Assembly (NCBI GenBank): GCA_002633005.1
Contig: NMRA01000198.1
Coordinates: 132,045-196,044 of the forward strand
Length of the DNA stretch: 64,000 nucleotides
From: Phoronis australis
Lineage: Eukaryota; Animalia; Phoronida
Reading direction: 5' to 3'
Shown in pieces: positions 24,687 through 38,659 of the stretch (the first letter of the stretch is position 1; each line of letters opens with the position of its first letter). Position numbers and translations under genes: made by a program. The notes below the pieces were generated by a model. That model saw nothing but the letters and a program-made list of their open reading frames with translations. It was not told the origin of the DNA and did not search any database.

Positions 24687-27600
24687 TCTAATTAGAGAAA
24701 TTCATAAGCAGTAATAGAATGCCTGCAGGAACTGGAACCTGGTACAACACTTAGGGGCGGCAGGTGGCACCAGTGGATTATTAATTAAAATGCGTTTGCC
24801 TGACTTACTTGAATGAATCTATGTAATATTTCTGATGCTAAAATGTTTAGTGCCGATCATCACAAATTGTTGTGTCGCCTCTCCCTTCCCCCTCCTCCCC
24901 TCCGGAGAGAGTTCCGCACGACTAAAGCTCCCTCCATCCTAACTACAGGTGCGCCCTCAGGATGTACACAGAAGTCCTTGCCCTGACTGTTGCATACTTG
25001 TGTATGCATTATACATTGCTCCTTGCTAGTTCAAAGGTTTAGTTTTGCCCCTTATATTTACCGTCAATCTTAATGAACTTGCACGTTCGTCTTCTTCACT
25101 GTCTTAATCAATTAACTTAGAATAAGTAATGCTTGTGGAAAAATCTTGCGACCTGTGATGCAAAACCGAAGACCATAACGACAGTGTCCTGCCAGAGTCC
25201 TCAAAAGGTAATCCATGCACTGATGCAGGTTTGTTTAATGTTCTCTTGAATTTTCTCTCTTATCCGTTTTTCGCAGTCTTTCTTTTCTCGACTGTCCCCG
25301 GCACCACGCCTATGTCGGTTGCCACGGCACTGGACTAACAGGCATGAAAAAGTGTAAGGTAACTATATCGCCATGACCACGATTGGTGGGTGGCAGGGCT
25401 AGAATGGCAAGAAAAAATTCCCGAAAGAGCCCTGCATTTTCAAAACAAAGTCTTTAACATTTGCATTCATAATAATTCTTAATTGTGCTTAAATGTACTA
25501 AAACATCAGTCTTCTATAAGCTCTGATGCAGTGTCATCAGCCAACTCACTTTTAGACTAAAAGTCTTTCGAACTAAAATTCCTTTGGTTTGGAGACTATC
25601 AAAGGTGCTTCGGAATACAGGATCGACCAACCCCATCTCAGCTCATCTCCTACACATCACAAAACAGTAAAGAAATAATAGCTGAACAGGTATTACAGTA
25701 TCCTTGGCATCACCAAGAAATAACTTTTGAATTAAAATAGACATTGCATGGTAAAATTTGAAAAACAAGTAATTTTAGTTACATGAAATACCATCCAGAC
25801 GATCTATCAGAAAAGTTCTTGGCTATTTTAGCAGAACTGAACACCTTGTGACGAAAACGGCATCTCCTCATTTCTTCATCTGAAACAAATTATAAATGCA
25901 GTGATCTATGCTGCACTTTTACGTTTGTTTTCGTTTGTTTGGCTTATTTAAATCTGTCTTCTAAATTTCCAATAACTGTTGCAAATAACGAAATGTGCAA
26001 TGTTTTACAATTCTAGTTGATTAAGGCTAAAAAACAGACTGTATGCTAGCAGAATAAGAATCCAAATGACTCTGCAGTTACCTTATGAAAGTATTAAATC
26101 AAAGTAGTGATTCATTNATTACAGATATTGGTTGAACGATGAGTGCACTGTTTTTGGTCATCTCAAGTCAAATTCTGTTATAAAGTTTATTATCAAATTT
26201 ACTAGCTTTATATTCTGTACAATGAGTCATCAAAGCTGCAGTTACCAACAAAAGAAAAATGCACAGAAGATGTGTGGTTTATATTTTGACAACAGGTGTC
26301 ACTGCTGCTCTATTTTAGACGCACATAGAAAAGCATGAAACAGGCGAAAACTCAAACATTTTAAATGGGGATATTTTTGCGGCACATCATATTATTAAAG
26401 TAATGACATTTATTTTGCTTTTGGTATTTTTAAAAAAAGATGAAGTACATGAAATTACAGCTCTGAAACACCAGTTTGGTGTTAAGCAAGGTCTATGTCC
26501 CTATATAAAGTACAGAATGGCAGTGGCATGTGAGTCTATTGACAGCAGACACTCTGGCAACCAAGCAGGTGCTCATGATTGACAGGTCTACCAAGTAGTT
26601 TGAATATTGCAACATTTTAAATACTTTGTATATTTCTTTCTGAGTTGAAAGGGCCAACTTCCCGCTTTGATTAACCGGGAGTCTTAGTAATCTTTCAATG
26701 TGGGTGTCCAAACTGGAGAAATTCTGATTGACAGGGCGTCCAAATGATACATTGGGCGTCCTTGCCAGGGCGTCTACATTAGTGCTAGGGTGTCCATTTG
26801 GACGCCCAGGACGTACGCTGCATGAAGGCCTGACAGCATATCTATACCTTTGTTTGAAGTGTAAAATATTTTTAAGGAAAAGTTTGTGCTTGTCATGTAG
26901 GATTGAACCAGATCAAACTGTAAAAGTTTTATGAGCGATTTATCTCAATGCCTCGAGATATGCTTTAGTGTAAATGCTAGTATGTACATATGCCGATTTG
27001 TTTCTTATTAGAATTTGTTATATGCCTAATTATTGCTTATTTATTTGATACAGGGATTCCATCTTAGAGGGCCTTTTGTAGCGTTCCAGTCCACAAAATG
27101 GACGAATTTCGTAGGAAAATCGCAACTGAAAGGGCACCCATTTACAAGGAATTCTCTCAGAAAAGGCACCATATCGCAGTGAATCTGGGAAATCTTACTA
27201 CGTGCAATTATTCTCAGCGATATAATAAAGCATAGTAATCTAAAACTCTCTGGAGTTTTATAGTAAAAGGAATTCTTCAGCTCATAATAAAGGGGTGGTT
27301 AGATTTTGAAATGTTTTTAGGAGGGACAGATGCGAGTATTTGGCCGCATCTTCTGCATTAGAAATAGTTTCTAGGACTCTGCCAGATGCATGTCAGCCAT
27401 CCATTATGCCAACTTTTTCCAATAACTTCAATAATCAAAATATTAAGAAATTTGAAAGACTCACCATAGACTTAGATCTTGAACGTACCATCTTCTACAC
27501 AAACATACTCACTTCAGATAAAACGAAGTAAAAATTGTCTCCACTCCAACTCTAAAACACTAAAATCAAAACCTCAGAGGCTTTTTACAGTGGAAGGTCA

Positions 27601-27982
27601 ATTAACTTAATATCCTGTATGGCCATTACATAACACTGTACCAATGTAGGTCACATATGGCAGTCCGGAGCAGGGCACTCATAATAATAGTGACATCTTT
27701 TGGGAGAGCCTTATCACAGTTATATATAGGACGTCCTTATGAAACCAAGTTGTTGAGAAAATACACGTGGAGAAACTGTGCATGTCAAATAACAGTTTCT
27801 GATAGGTCTGAAATTGTGGGGCATTATATATACCCCACAATTTTTTGCAATCCCACAGTAAAGGTCTCATATATAAAAATGTCCCAGATCTGTATAGTTC
27901 TCTTAGTATATATATATATATATATAGCGATATATTATTTAAGCTAAAATATGAAAATAGTAGAAGCCACAGGTTCTTTAAG

Positions 27983-28014
<32 letters not shown>

Positions 28015-29403
28015 AGACGGGATATAATGTCTCGTTTTCTGGGCTAATTCTATGACCCATTACTGTATTTGACTTATATACTTGTGTTGCATTAAAAAGT
28101 ATATTTTACCAGCACTTGTTGGCAACACGCCCGTTGTGAGATTATCAGCAAAGCTGTCATTATCAGATACAATTTCACGAACGCGAACACATTATTTGAG
28201 AAAGGGCATGCAAGCGGGTCTCATAACTCAGCTACGCCTGAGGAAAAGATATATAAGGCTCACATGCACGTTAGGAAGTACACGGATATTTTTCAGAAGA
28301 CTACGTTTTAATGAGGCAATACTTGTCAGAGCTGCGATCATGTCCCACATTGGCGTGGACTGGCTAAGGTTGGGGTAGATCTCCGAGTCATGGGGGCAAC
28401 GAGGAAGATAATCTATTCACAAGGTGTTTAATGTTCACTCACAAGGGCAATGGCAGGTATAAGAAACCCTTTGGTATAGCTGGCATCGTTAATGAAACAA
28501 CAATTGAACAGCAACTCACCTGCATGACATTAATGTTGTGAAGGACCTTATTGAGGAACATTAAGACAAAATCGATTACCAGAAAAGGTAGGCTGTGTGA
28601 ACTAGTAAAAGTATACATTTTTCTGAAAGAAGAAATATCAGATATTATAAAGATACATTTTATACCTACATGTATGTGACATCGCTATTATAACTTACTT
28701 CCTTTTTGAATCAACATTTCATTTTAAAAAAGTCACCTTCACAGCATACAAGTGAAACCCCCTTTAAGTGAAAACTTGATATTTTTCAAAAACGGTCTTA
28801 AAAATTACCCTTTATTCATTTAGTTGGGTTTTTACGCCAAATGAACTCACAAAACGTAAGACATTTTGTAAGAAAACAACGGCAACGTTCATTTTACAAA
28901 GGGCATCACATTTCTCTTAAAAGAATACAAAACCCTGTTTCGCTGATTCCAACCAATCCCCGTTCAGTCACATGCTAATGCACCATTGGCGTCCACGTGA
29001 GTGATAAAAGCAGAATTAATCTCTAAACTCATGCTATCTGTGTCACAACTTGGATATTACGGTTCTTCGTGGCCGGTTTTTCCCATAGTTATCGAGCAAC
29101 TCTCCTCAAACGTAAGTCACGGTTTTCCGTTTAGCTGACTTTGAAAGGAATTTTCAAATTTTGCTCCAAACTTTTTAACGTTGTGAAGTGTTACAGAGCA
29201 AACTCTTCTTTCGGACAATTGGATGGGAATGTCATTTTTAATACCTGTTGAAAAATCAAAACCGGGTTTTACATCCTTTTAATAGTTAAAGTACACCAGG
29301 GTCCCTTTAAGACATGATGGTGACTTTAAAGTGCTTGAAAACACCAAGTTCATATCAAAACACCGAAAAAGCAACAACAACAACACTAGTCGATTTTGTA
29401 CGG

Positions 29404-29792
29404 ACACTCAGTACCCTGTCCATACCACAAGTATGGTAATAACACTCAGTACCCACCATACAAGGTGTATTGTAACAACACTCAGTTCCCCGTCTATACC
29501 AAGTGTATTGTAATAGCACTCAGTACCTCACCAATACCAAGTGTATTGTAACAACACTCAGTACCCCGTCCTTACCAGGAGTATTGTAATAACACTCAGT
29601 ACCCCGCCCATAACAAGTGTATCGTAATAACACTCAGTACCCTGCCAATACCAACCAAGTGTATTGTAACAACACCCAGTACCCCGCCCATACCAGGTGT
29701 ATTGTAATAACACTCAGTACCCCGACCATACCAGGTGTATCGTAATAACACTCAGTACCCGTCCCATACCACGAGTATTGTAAAAACACTCT
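29404..29792. repeat. Minisatellite, about 10 copies of a ~38-bp unit
   Basis: Consensus approximately AACACTCAGTACCCCGCCCATACCAAGTGTATTGTAAT. Confidence 0.9.
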
Positions 29793-30537
29793 ACACACTG
29801 TTTTCGACCTGTGTTACCTTACTGCAGTATTGTGAACATTGTCTTGAGAATTTTTGATTTACAATAAACCTAACCACCGATTAATACAATGTCCTTGTTT
29901 ACATATGCGCAAATAAGCGTGTTAATTTTAGTTGACTGATTAATGGGATGAGATTGTTCTCGTATTCTTCTTTCTGAGAAAGGCATGCACAGCTGGATTT
30001 ATGTGAAAATGTCTGATTTTCGGTAAGATTGGAGTGTTCAAGGTTACCACCATTCAAAAAGAGAGTAGGAGTCGATTGCTGGGTAAAACCTTTAATAAAT
30101 CACACAATGACGCTACTTTTAAAAGCCGCCGCACTCGTCCTTCCCAATTTTGTACCTGTCCTTCCCATTAGAAGGTTGGTCTTTCCCAATGGTAGTCCTA
30201 GCTCTTAAAGCCCGTGTCTGTGAAATTGTGGCCTATATGCAGAAGTGGGATCAGAAATTTACAACCGTTTCAGTTGCTTATATGAAAGGTTACAAGTTTA
30301 GGCAAATCTATCGTTTGTATGTTGTTTTATTTTGAGAGGAAATTTATTATAAGAATTATTATGTTTGATCGATACGGCTGTAAGTAATGTTTGATAGTGT
30401 CTAACCTCAAAAACTCTTCAAAAAAGGTTCCGAAAAGTTAGCAACGACCACACGAGAGATAAAGTATGCTGTTTATTTAAGTAGGCCTATAGGTGTTCTA
30501 CGTGAAAGACATTTTTCCTGTGCAACTTCATTTCAAT

Positions 30538-30595
30538 GTTGAATGGAATCAGCGTTCCGTTTTAATAAAAAAACGGAACGCTGATTCCATTCAAC
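30538..30595. repeat. Perfect 26-bp inverted repeat with a 6-nt loop
   Basis: GTTGAATGGAATCAGCGTTCCGTTTT-AATAAA-AAAACGGAACGCTGATTCCATTCAAC. Confidence 0.95.
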
Positions 30596-30695
30596 TCGCT
30601 CAGCGTGAATACACATGAGCTTGAGCTCAATCCATCTCATCACAACATAGCTCAGTTTAGTTCACTCCACGTGTAAGGCCCAACTGACGGCGTAT

Positions 30696-30893
30696 TTAGC
30701 CGCAAGGTGGCGCATCTCGGAATGTGTCTGTAAAGTTGACGATACAAAACGCAGCAACAGAGAACACCAAGCAGGTGATGATGTCACAAATCCCTGCCAG
30801 CATGAGTTCTGTTTTTCCGACCTCTTTGAGCAGCATTGCGATGCCAACTTTGCTGTAACCCCACACGGCAGACATTGTGATCCAGCAAAGGAC
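30696..30893 (-). CDS. SLC52A3: SLC52A3-like copy 2, last coding exon
   Basis: CTTGCAG acceptor; VLCWITMSAVWGYSKVGIAMLL...IVNFTDTFRDAPPCG-stop matches the SLC52 C-terminus. Confidence 0.85.
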   Translation of the reverse strand, partial: VLCWITMSAVWGYSKVGIAMLLKEVGKTELMLAGICDIITCLVFSVAAFCIVNFTDTFRDAPPCG

Positions 30894-32532
30894 CTGCAAG
30901 TACGCAAAGAACATCAAATGAAAACGTCATTACGCCGGAGACTTGAAGAAAGTAGAACCTTACGCTACATTTACCTCTTTGTCTAAAGCACATGTTCGGA
31001 GGTTTTAAACGGTTGATTGCTATTTAAACATGATTGAAGCACGTGTAGAATGGATATCACATGGTTTGGTAAGATTTGTCTCTATCAACATTTTGTGTGG
31101 ATTACGACGCGACGAAATTAATGCAGTGTATAGACGGTTTTTCTGAACACGTTAATTCACTCCTTCTATATACAACACATGTACATATAGATTTTCAAAG
31201 AAAAGCTCATTACTGTTTTGGTCACAACAGTTGACGATACGAGGACGGTTTATATAGACCGTCTATTCATGTACTTTAAATTTGTGGTAAATCAAAATAT
31301 CAAATCCGCTATAAACAGTGTTCTGGTTTTATAAACACCTTTTTCCTTTTCACGATCTGTATTTGTTCTTCCAAAGTAAATCCGCTGATTAAATTGCGGT
31401 TGGCTGCAAAGTGCTGCCTTGGCGATTGAAATCATAGACACAGGTACGTGTCACTACGCTGCATGTAGAAGCCGAGAATATCGCGAGTAAAGCTGGTTCA
31501 AACTTTAGACTAGTTCCTAGCAGAGACAGGGCGTTGCCAATCTATTTAAATTTATCCCTTCTACAAAATAGTTGTCATCTACTTTTAATTGCACGTTGAT
31601 GTCCGCCCTATAATGGTATCACCAGCTGTATCAAGTTCACTCTCAGCGTACATTGCGATGGCGTTTACTCTCAGTAAATGTGCAACACTTATGCACACAC
31701 CATATACAGACTGCACACAGGTATTCCTACTTTACTGCCTATCGGATACTTAAAGGATTCATTACCTACAGAAATACAATAAAACATAAAACAAACGATG
31801 TTTTGTGTATTGCCTGTTATCATGCAAAGGTAACGACATCTCTCCGGCTCACGTGACTTTCCAATAAGGAAGTCGATACAGTCAGGAACTTGACTGTTGT
31901 TTTTCAGCTTGCACCAAGCTTACTGCGTGCTTTGGGCTGAAATAAGGCTAGTGTAATCCCGTCCTCCGCTTGTAATAGTGTATGACACGAAGTCTTGCGT
32001 GATTTTGCGTTTTTACAACATTCTTTCATCTACGCATCCATATTCTCCATGACAAGAAACTTGAGTGGCTTTGGTATAGTAATGACCTGGTACATGTAGT
32101 TGTGTCCATGTCTAGAAATCATTCCCAATCTTATAAAATTATGAGACAATATTTATTCCCTTAAGTGGCTTAAATTAAAAAAGTGATTTAGACCCCAGAC
32201 CTGTTTGATTTTTGCTCGCTTACTTTCGGCTGTTTGGACCCAACCAGTGCTTGAACAAAGTACGGTGCATCATACATTCATACACCTGTTTCCGTACAAT
32301 GCCAGTTGCTAAGGAGTCACTGTGTTTCAAAGAATCTGGGGATTTGGTGACTACTCGGTTGTTGTCGATCGGATATCACAGTCGTTTCGCGCTATTTATC
32401 AACATAGTTTGCTTGTAAAGACCACAGTAATTAAAAGGACCCCAGTGATCCAATTACAAGACACTGTGCAGATTTCTTTAAAACAAATCATCAGTGGATT
32501 TGATATATTAGAAAACAAATTCCGGCCAATAC

Positions 32533-32741
32533 CGTTATCGCAATACCAGCGGTCGTTCCCACCAACGGGGGCGAAGGACTCATTGTACTCTGCGCGATGA
32601 TGTATCCAGCCACGACTGTTCCTAAAGCGGTAAGACAGGTCAATAACTTGATCGACCTCGTTGGAAAGAAATAGGAGAGGAGGCTAGCCAGCGGTAACAT
32701 CAACGCCGTTAACCGATTCCCTAAGCTATACGCCAAGGCAC
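32533..32741 (-). CDS. SLC52A3: SLC52A3-like copy 2, coding exon 2
   Basis: TTTTCAG acceptor, phase 1 match, ALAYSLG...MSPSPPLVGTTAGIAIT, GTATTG donor (phase 0). Confidence 0.85.
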
Positions 32742-33383
32742 CTGAAAAGTTGAAGCCAAAATTTCAGTTGAAAGGCAATTTTATTTGTTAGTCAACGACA
32801 GTGTATACTCTACTTAGTACAAGTTCGAATCGTGATGAATGTCTTGTAAAATCAGAACGTAATCTAAATCGAAAGTTTGTTTTTTTGACGGCCAAAAGTG
32901 GGTTCATAGTCGGTTTATCCAATCACGTCGCGTAAATTGAGGGCAAATTCGTAAGTTGACTCAATGCTTGCCATAATAGTACTGTTTGTTTCGAATACAG
33001 TGACTATGAACCCAAATGCTACAGTATGTCATGCTACATACACCTTGTTGTTAGAAGTGATTGATATGTGCGCCATCTGCTGAGTAATAAACTTGCACCG
33101 TCGTGGGTAACAATAAGCCAGAGCATGTGCATTTCCGGCAATAACTATTAAATGTCCAGCATGAACATTACATCTCGAGCACAAAAAATCACATACCATC
33201 GATCGACTACTTCATAGAATAGAATGTACAAATTCTAGTCTAGTATAGAATACGAATAGGCATATCGGAGTCTTCTCCTTGTACATTTTGTGACCAGGCC
33301 CCCAAAATTGTACAAACTAAACAGATAAACTGCTTCTCTAAAGCATCTCAAGGATGGGACTTTTACGTACGACAAAGACTTAC

Positions 33384-34512
33384 CATATGGCAGCAACGAA
33401 TAAGACTGAATAGAGTAGAGGAAACCGTATCGAAGACCTTGCATTAGTCCATATTGCATGTAAAGAGAAACCCGTTCCCATTTTGGCATGATCTTATTCT
33501 GAATTTCTTGTCGTATAATGTTATTCTTTTCTGATTCTTTAATAGCACTTGAATCACCAGCAGTCTTCAATTCTGTAAGACCTTCGTCTTTGGTAAAACC
33601 TTGATTACTTTGACCTTGGGCACTGTCTACCTTGATACTGTGCTCGAGTTGTATTCGTTTCATCGCCGGATGAAAGTTGAGTAGCGCGAACGCCACAGTG
33701 CTTGTTGCAAGCATAATTGATAAAAATCCTATAAAAATCTCCACAGAGAATAAGGGCGGTTTCAGAACTTGTTGAATTTCCCATTCTGATGCGTTGAATG
33801 GTGTCACTTCAGTGCTTGTGTTCGCCTGGTTGCTCTGGGATTCGTTTGCCCTCCGCTGCGTCACATTAACGCAGTCGTATTCTCCAGCACCCTGTATCAA
33901 AGCCACTATCGAGGGTAAGAAACCACACAACCCATCACCGACGTAATAAGCCGTCAAATATTCAGTGGGAAATCGTGCCATATAACCGAGAAATACTAAG
34001 CTGGAAGTGCTGTCGGTTAGCGCTAGAATACAGGCTATACACAGAAAACTTACACTATGCTCACTGTCTCCTATAAAAGTTGTTACGTTCCAGAAAAATA
34101 TTAGCAATACAGTTGCCATTAACCCTGTCAGCATCACGGAAAACGCCGCCTGGACTTCGTAGCGGTTTTTAAACGATGAGGCAGAGGTGACGACGAAATA
34201 TATCAGCGGTAAAACTGACGCAGCGTTAGCGGCAATAACGAAATAGCTGGGTAGCGACCACCTTTCGGGCAGGCGCTGAACCAGAACGGGCAATTCAGCA
34301 TAAATGCCATCGCTCTGTATCCAGGCGGCGATGTTAAACATGACCACCAAGACGTAGGCTGCAACGGAAACGCGTCCTTCTCCCTTTGTACGGCACATAG
34401 TATTCGAGGGTTGGCGGCTCTTTGCGTCAGAATGATACGCCTTCAATATGACGAATTCTGAGACGAGGCGTTCTCCCTCATCAGTATTTTCTTGGTCATT
34501 TGGTGGTTGCAT
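33384..34512 (-). CDS. SLC52A3: SLC52A3-like riboflavin transporter copy 2, coding exon 1 of 3 (511 aa total)
   Basis: ATG at 34512 with an in-frame TGA upstream; SLC52 motifs; GTAAGT donor at 33383. Exon lengths 1129+209+198=1536 nt give an intact frame. Confidence 0.9.
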
Positions 34513-35934
34513 ATTACCGCTGCTTTTTATCTTATCACATCATAGATAGCCCGGAGGTTAACCTTCAATTTCTCTCCCTTTCATTTCAGATTAAGTCGTC
34601 TAGCACGTACAGTCGAAGTGTAACTGACAAACAGCGAATATCCGTTCGGGAGTGGCCTGCAGCAGAGAGATATCTCAACTGATAAATCACTGATGTAATC
34701 GTGGCTACTTGTTGAGCACAGCTGATCTTGTCGATCGATATTAGCATGGGTATTTTTCATGTGTATAGTTACACATCTCGCCCGTATATACCGACCTCCT
34801 TATGACCTTATGTACATCTGATTGACAGCTTTATCATCTAACCACGCGATAGGATTGATGGTATCAGAGATATTCACTTTTACATGTATAACAATAATTG
34901 TAAAATACAATAAAACACAGTTGGGTATATCATAGAATTCTAGGAATGCCAACTTCGAATACGGGCTGCTGAGGTTATATGCGTGGGAGCTGTTTGCATT
35001 TGTTTATTCCTTGCTATGGAAACGAAGTAAGTTTGAATTGTTATTACCGAAAACTTCCTGGACAAATCTCATGTACATTTATTGGAGTATTTTGGGCTAA
35101 TTACCACCAATATTGGAAAACGGAAGATCATTTGCTTGCAATGGTCAATCCGGGAAGCCAGCCGTGGGTATTACCAATGCCTAGCTGGTAGGCATAACTT
35201 AAAGCCATGGACGTATAAAAGTCATTTTGAAAGTGCCCAAGTTCCTTAAAATATTTTCAATCACCGTTTGAGCTCTAACACCATATCAAAACCATATACG
35301 TAGCACAAATTATGACATAAATACATTTTAACACTGGGGCAATGGTAGAAGTGTGACCTTCTTTACTGTCACTAAAACTTTTCGCAACTTCGCCGTTTTT
35401 CATTGGAAGAGTTATATGATTAGAAAGCCCCCCTTCATCGGGCTTTGATGGTGTATTATTATAGCAGAACCAAAAGATAAATAATTTAATTGATAAATAA
35501 TTATCATTTTGCATACCTGACTGCAAAATTTGCAGATGAGAATTTTCTGAAGGAATAGAATGGGTAAAAATCTATATATTATATGTACCATGGATAGCTC
35601 ATTGCACTGGTTGCAGTTAATGACTACCTAGAAATTTTATTGTAATAACCCCATTTCTTCACGAGGTAAAAACTAGTGTTATTGATACATGAAGTAATGT
35701 TTCCGAAGGCTTAAAAGGATAAAGTATTGACAGTTTCTTAAAAAAGATTTCCAATAATGGACATAGTATGTTTTGAGCATTTTATTATGGAAGTATAGTT
35801 GAAGAGGGAGGTCATACTACACCGCTGTGCTGATTAGATTGTCAAGACTATGACTTTTGATGGCCACAATGTACATGTGCATGTATAACGGATTAAGGTA
35901 AAGTCTTTGGGCGCGAGCTCTGATCAACGCCTTA

Positions 35935-36110
35935 AAACGTAACAATTTCGTAAAATGTAACAACTGTTACATTTCCCGTCATTGTTACATTCTACGTTGA
36001 TAAGCCTCTCGTAAATTGCATCAACTTGTTACATTTTACGTAGTTGTTACAATTTACAGCGAATGCGCATGCGAGAAATGTACCATTCTTACATTTTACG
36101 AAACCAACGT
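35935..36110. repeat. Cluster of TGTTACATTTTACG motifs in both orientations
   Basis: Motif recurs several times; probably a transposon subterminal repeat. Confidence 0.5.
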
Positions 36111-38659
36111 CATATTACAAAGAAAATGACTAAAATCAAGAACAAGTGGTATCTAATACACGAGTATTTTTAGACGAGGGGTGCCGTCCGAAAAATGTCT
36201 ATACCTACCCGTTTAGAGAGTGGGTTCGGACAAAAAAGTGACCCACGGTTCTGTTCCAGAAACTCAGAAAAGATGCCATTTTAGGTAATATTTGGTCGAA
36301 AATGGCACCATTGTAGAAAAAAAAAAACACTCTTTTGCGCGGCACTTTTTGTATACTTCTTCTATAGAAGTGCCCTCCGGGATGACACGGCAGGGATCTG
36401 GCTACCCATTATCATGTGTATTACTTTCACATTAGTATTACTACTACTACCGCTATTGCTACTATAACTCGTTAAAGGTATCGTTATCATTATTATTATT
36501 TTTGAATTTGTTTAACATGGACACAGTGCAATTATACACAAAATTTGTTTTAGCAAGTGCTAATACATCAGGGTCCTCAAAGATATTTAAATCATCTCAT
36601 TTATGTTTCAATATTTTCACCGGGCTACGTCAAATGGACTTTAAAAGGTTCATATGTTTAGCCTCAACGATATTGTGAGAAACGCTTTGACAGCTGAGGA
36701 TGCAGAGTAGGCCTACTTTTTGGAAACGAGGATGCTGAGATTTAAAATATTGTTTTGACGTGCGTCAATTTCAAAAACTGATTTCTCTGAACTATCGGCA
36801 AGCACGGTGTTGTTTGTAATTGTAAGTATATCCTTCTGTAGTTTGCCACAAAGAACTGAATTCAGACTGTAATTTTTTATTTGCGTCTTACATCTACACG
36901 TGAAGATACCTACCGTGTTATCATTTTTGTGTCCTCTTAAAAACATTCCTTTTCGAAGAACACGATGATTTGTAAGTTAAAATATTGCGTTAAGTTGAAA
37001 TTTGTAGGCAGACATTTTTCGAGAACTAGCGACTAGTCGCCTATGGCTGCGATTACCGGGTCATTAGAGTAGCTGGAAGCGGACATAAAAAACACGCCAC
37101 AATTTTATGTGGAATGGGCCCCAATTTTCTTAGAGGAACACTGACTTACATGTAACTGGGTGATATGAACAAGGTTTCATTGAAAGTAGGTTGTATGGAA
37201 CAAGAACGGCCAACTTTGAAGTCAGTGATGTTTAATATGCGCTATTTATGCAATCTAGCAAAAGGGTTATTGTAGCAAATTCCCATATCTGCCTACAACC
37301 AGGCGTGTTGTTGACAGCGAGTTGCAACACAAAAATGGTGCCTCAAGAGACACATGGCTTCACGTTCATTAATAGTAGAATGTCCAATTTCTGTCTTCAT
37401 TTATATGTGCTCCGGACTAACGAACATTGACCAAATATCATTTTTGATTGATATTTCATCTTAAAAGAGGGAGTGCATGTTTTTGTAGTCCGAAAGGCCG
37501 ACGGTCAACTTATTTTGAACTATTGCCCCTTTACACTATAGTCAAAAGTCCTGTTTGAACAAATTGATTGTGTCCATTCAAAGTGCAAAAATATTTTCTG
37601 TTTCCCCAGCTGGGCATCCCATTTTACGTATACACGTCATTATTTGATCTGTTGTTGCCACCACTATTTCAGACAGGTTTGACATCATAAGAACAGTATT
37701 TTTTTCAGTTTTTAATCTGTTTAAAACACTTACTATGCAGGCCCGTAACTAGGGGGATTCGGAGGGTTCGATCGAACCCCCCGCGCAAAAAGGTCAAGCC
37801 CCAGCCTCTCCATTAATGTAAGATATAGATGGACAACCTGAACAAAATTTTTGTAGCTACTCGTAGTACTAGGTACAATGATTATCAAGTTATAGTCGGT
37901 GGGCCAGATTTTGTAGGGCCTCTAGAAAATGGCTTTTGTGAGTACTTTAGGGGGGCAATTTTATTTTGGTGTTTTTTAATTCATTTATTAGAGTGTTTTT
38001 TAAATGTTAAAAGTTCCCACATATAAAGTTGCACATTTTTGAGAAATTTGAGTTTGAAGTTACCTAATAATCACCAAAGAGCTTAGTAAACTCATATTTG
38101 TATAAACAACAGTTTTGGTGACTTTTTTGTAAAACAAGTAATATGGTCCCATCAGTGCCATTGTATTGAACAATATTACACTCACATTACATGTTTTACT
38201 ATTGTAAATTAATTGTAAACAGTGAAATTTAAAAAATGTAAAGAGACACCTAGTGGCAAAAATGCAAACCAAGTCTGAATGTCACTAAGAAGTTATTCTG
38301 GCATTGTCAGGCAACAAAAATAACACAAAACACTTGAGACTGGGCAAAATTTGTGCCTCAATGACTGAAACATTGGCTAATGGTGTAAAATACAGCTTGT
38401 TTGCATAATACACCAGAAATACGTTATAGTACAAAAACAATATAGTTGAATGATTTCTGTGAATGTGCACAAACTGTATGAAAATAATAGATTATTCTGA
38501 CAGCGTTTATCAAGCAGTATGAGACAAATACGTGACAATGATCAAAGTATGTACTTTCTAATCAACAAATAAAATTAACTTTTTAATACAAACAAAGGAA
38601 ATAACGGGGTTGGAGGTCTATTTAGGGTTCACTTGTCAAAGAACTATCCAATGTTATGC

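Noticed and set aside
29404-29792. CRISPR-like array
   Set aside because: Contiguous tandem units without unique spacers, no cas genes, eukaryotic context.
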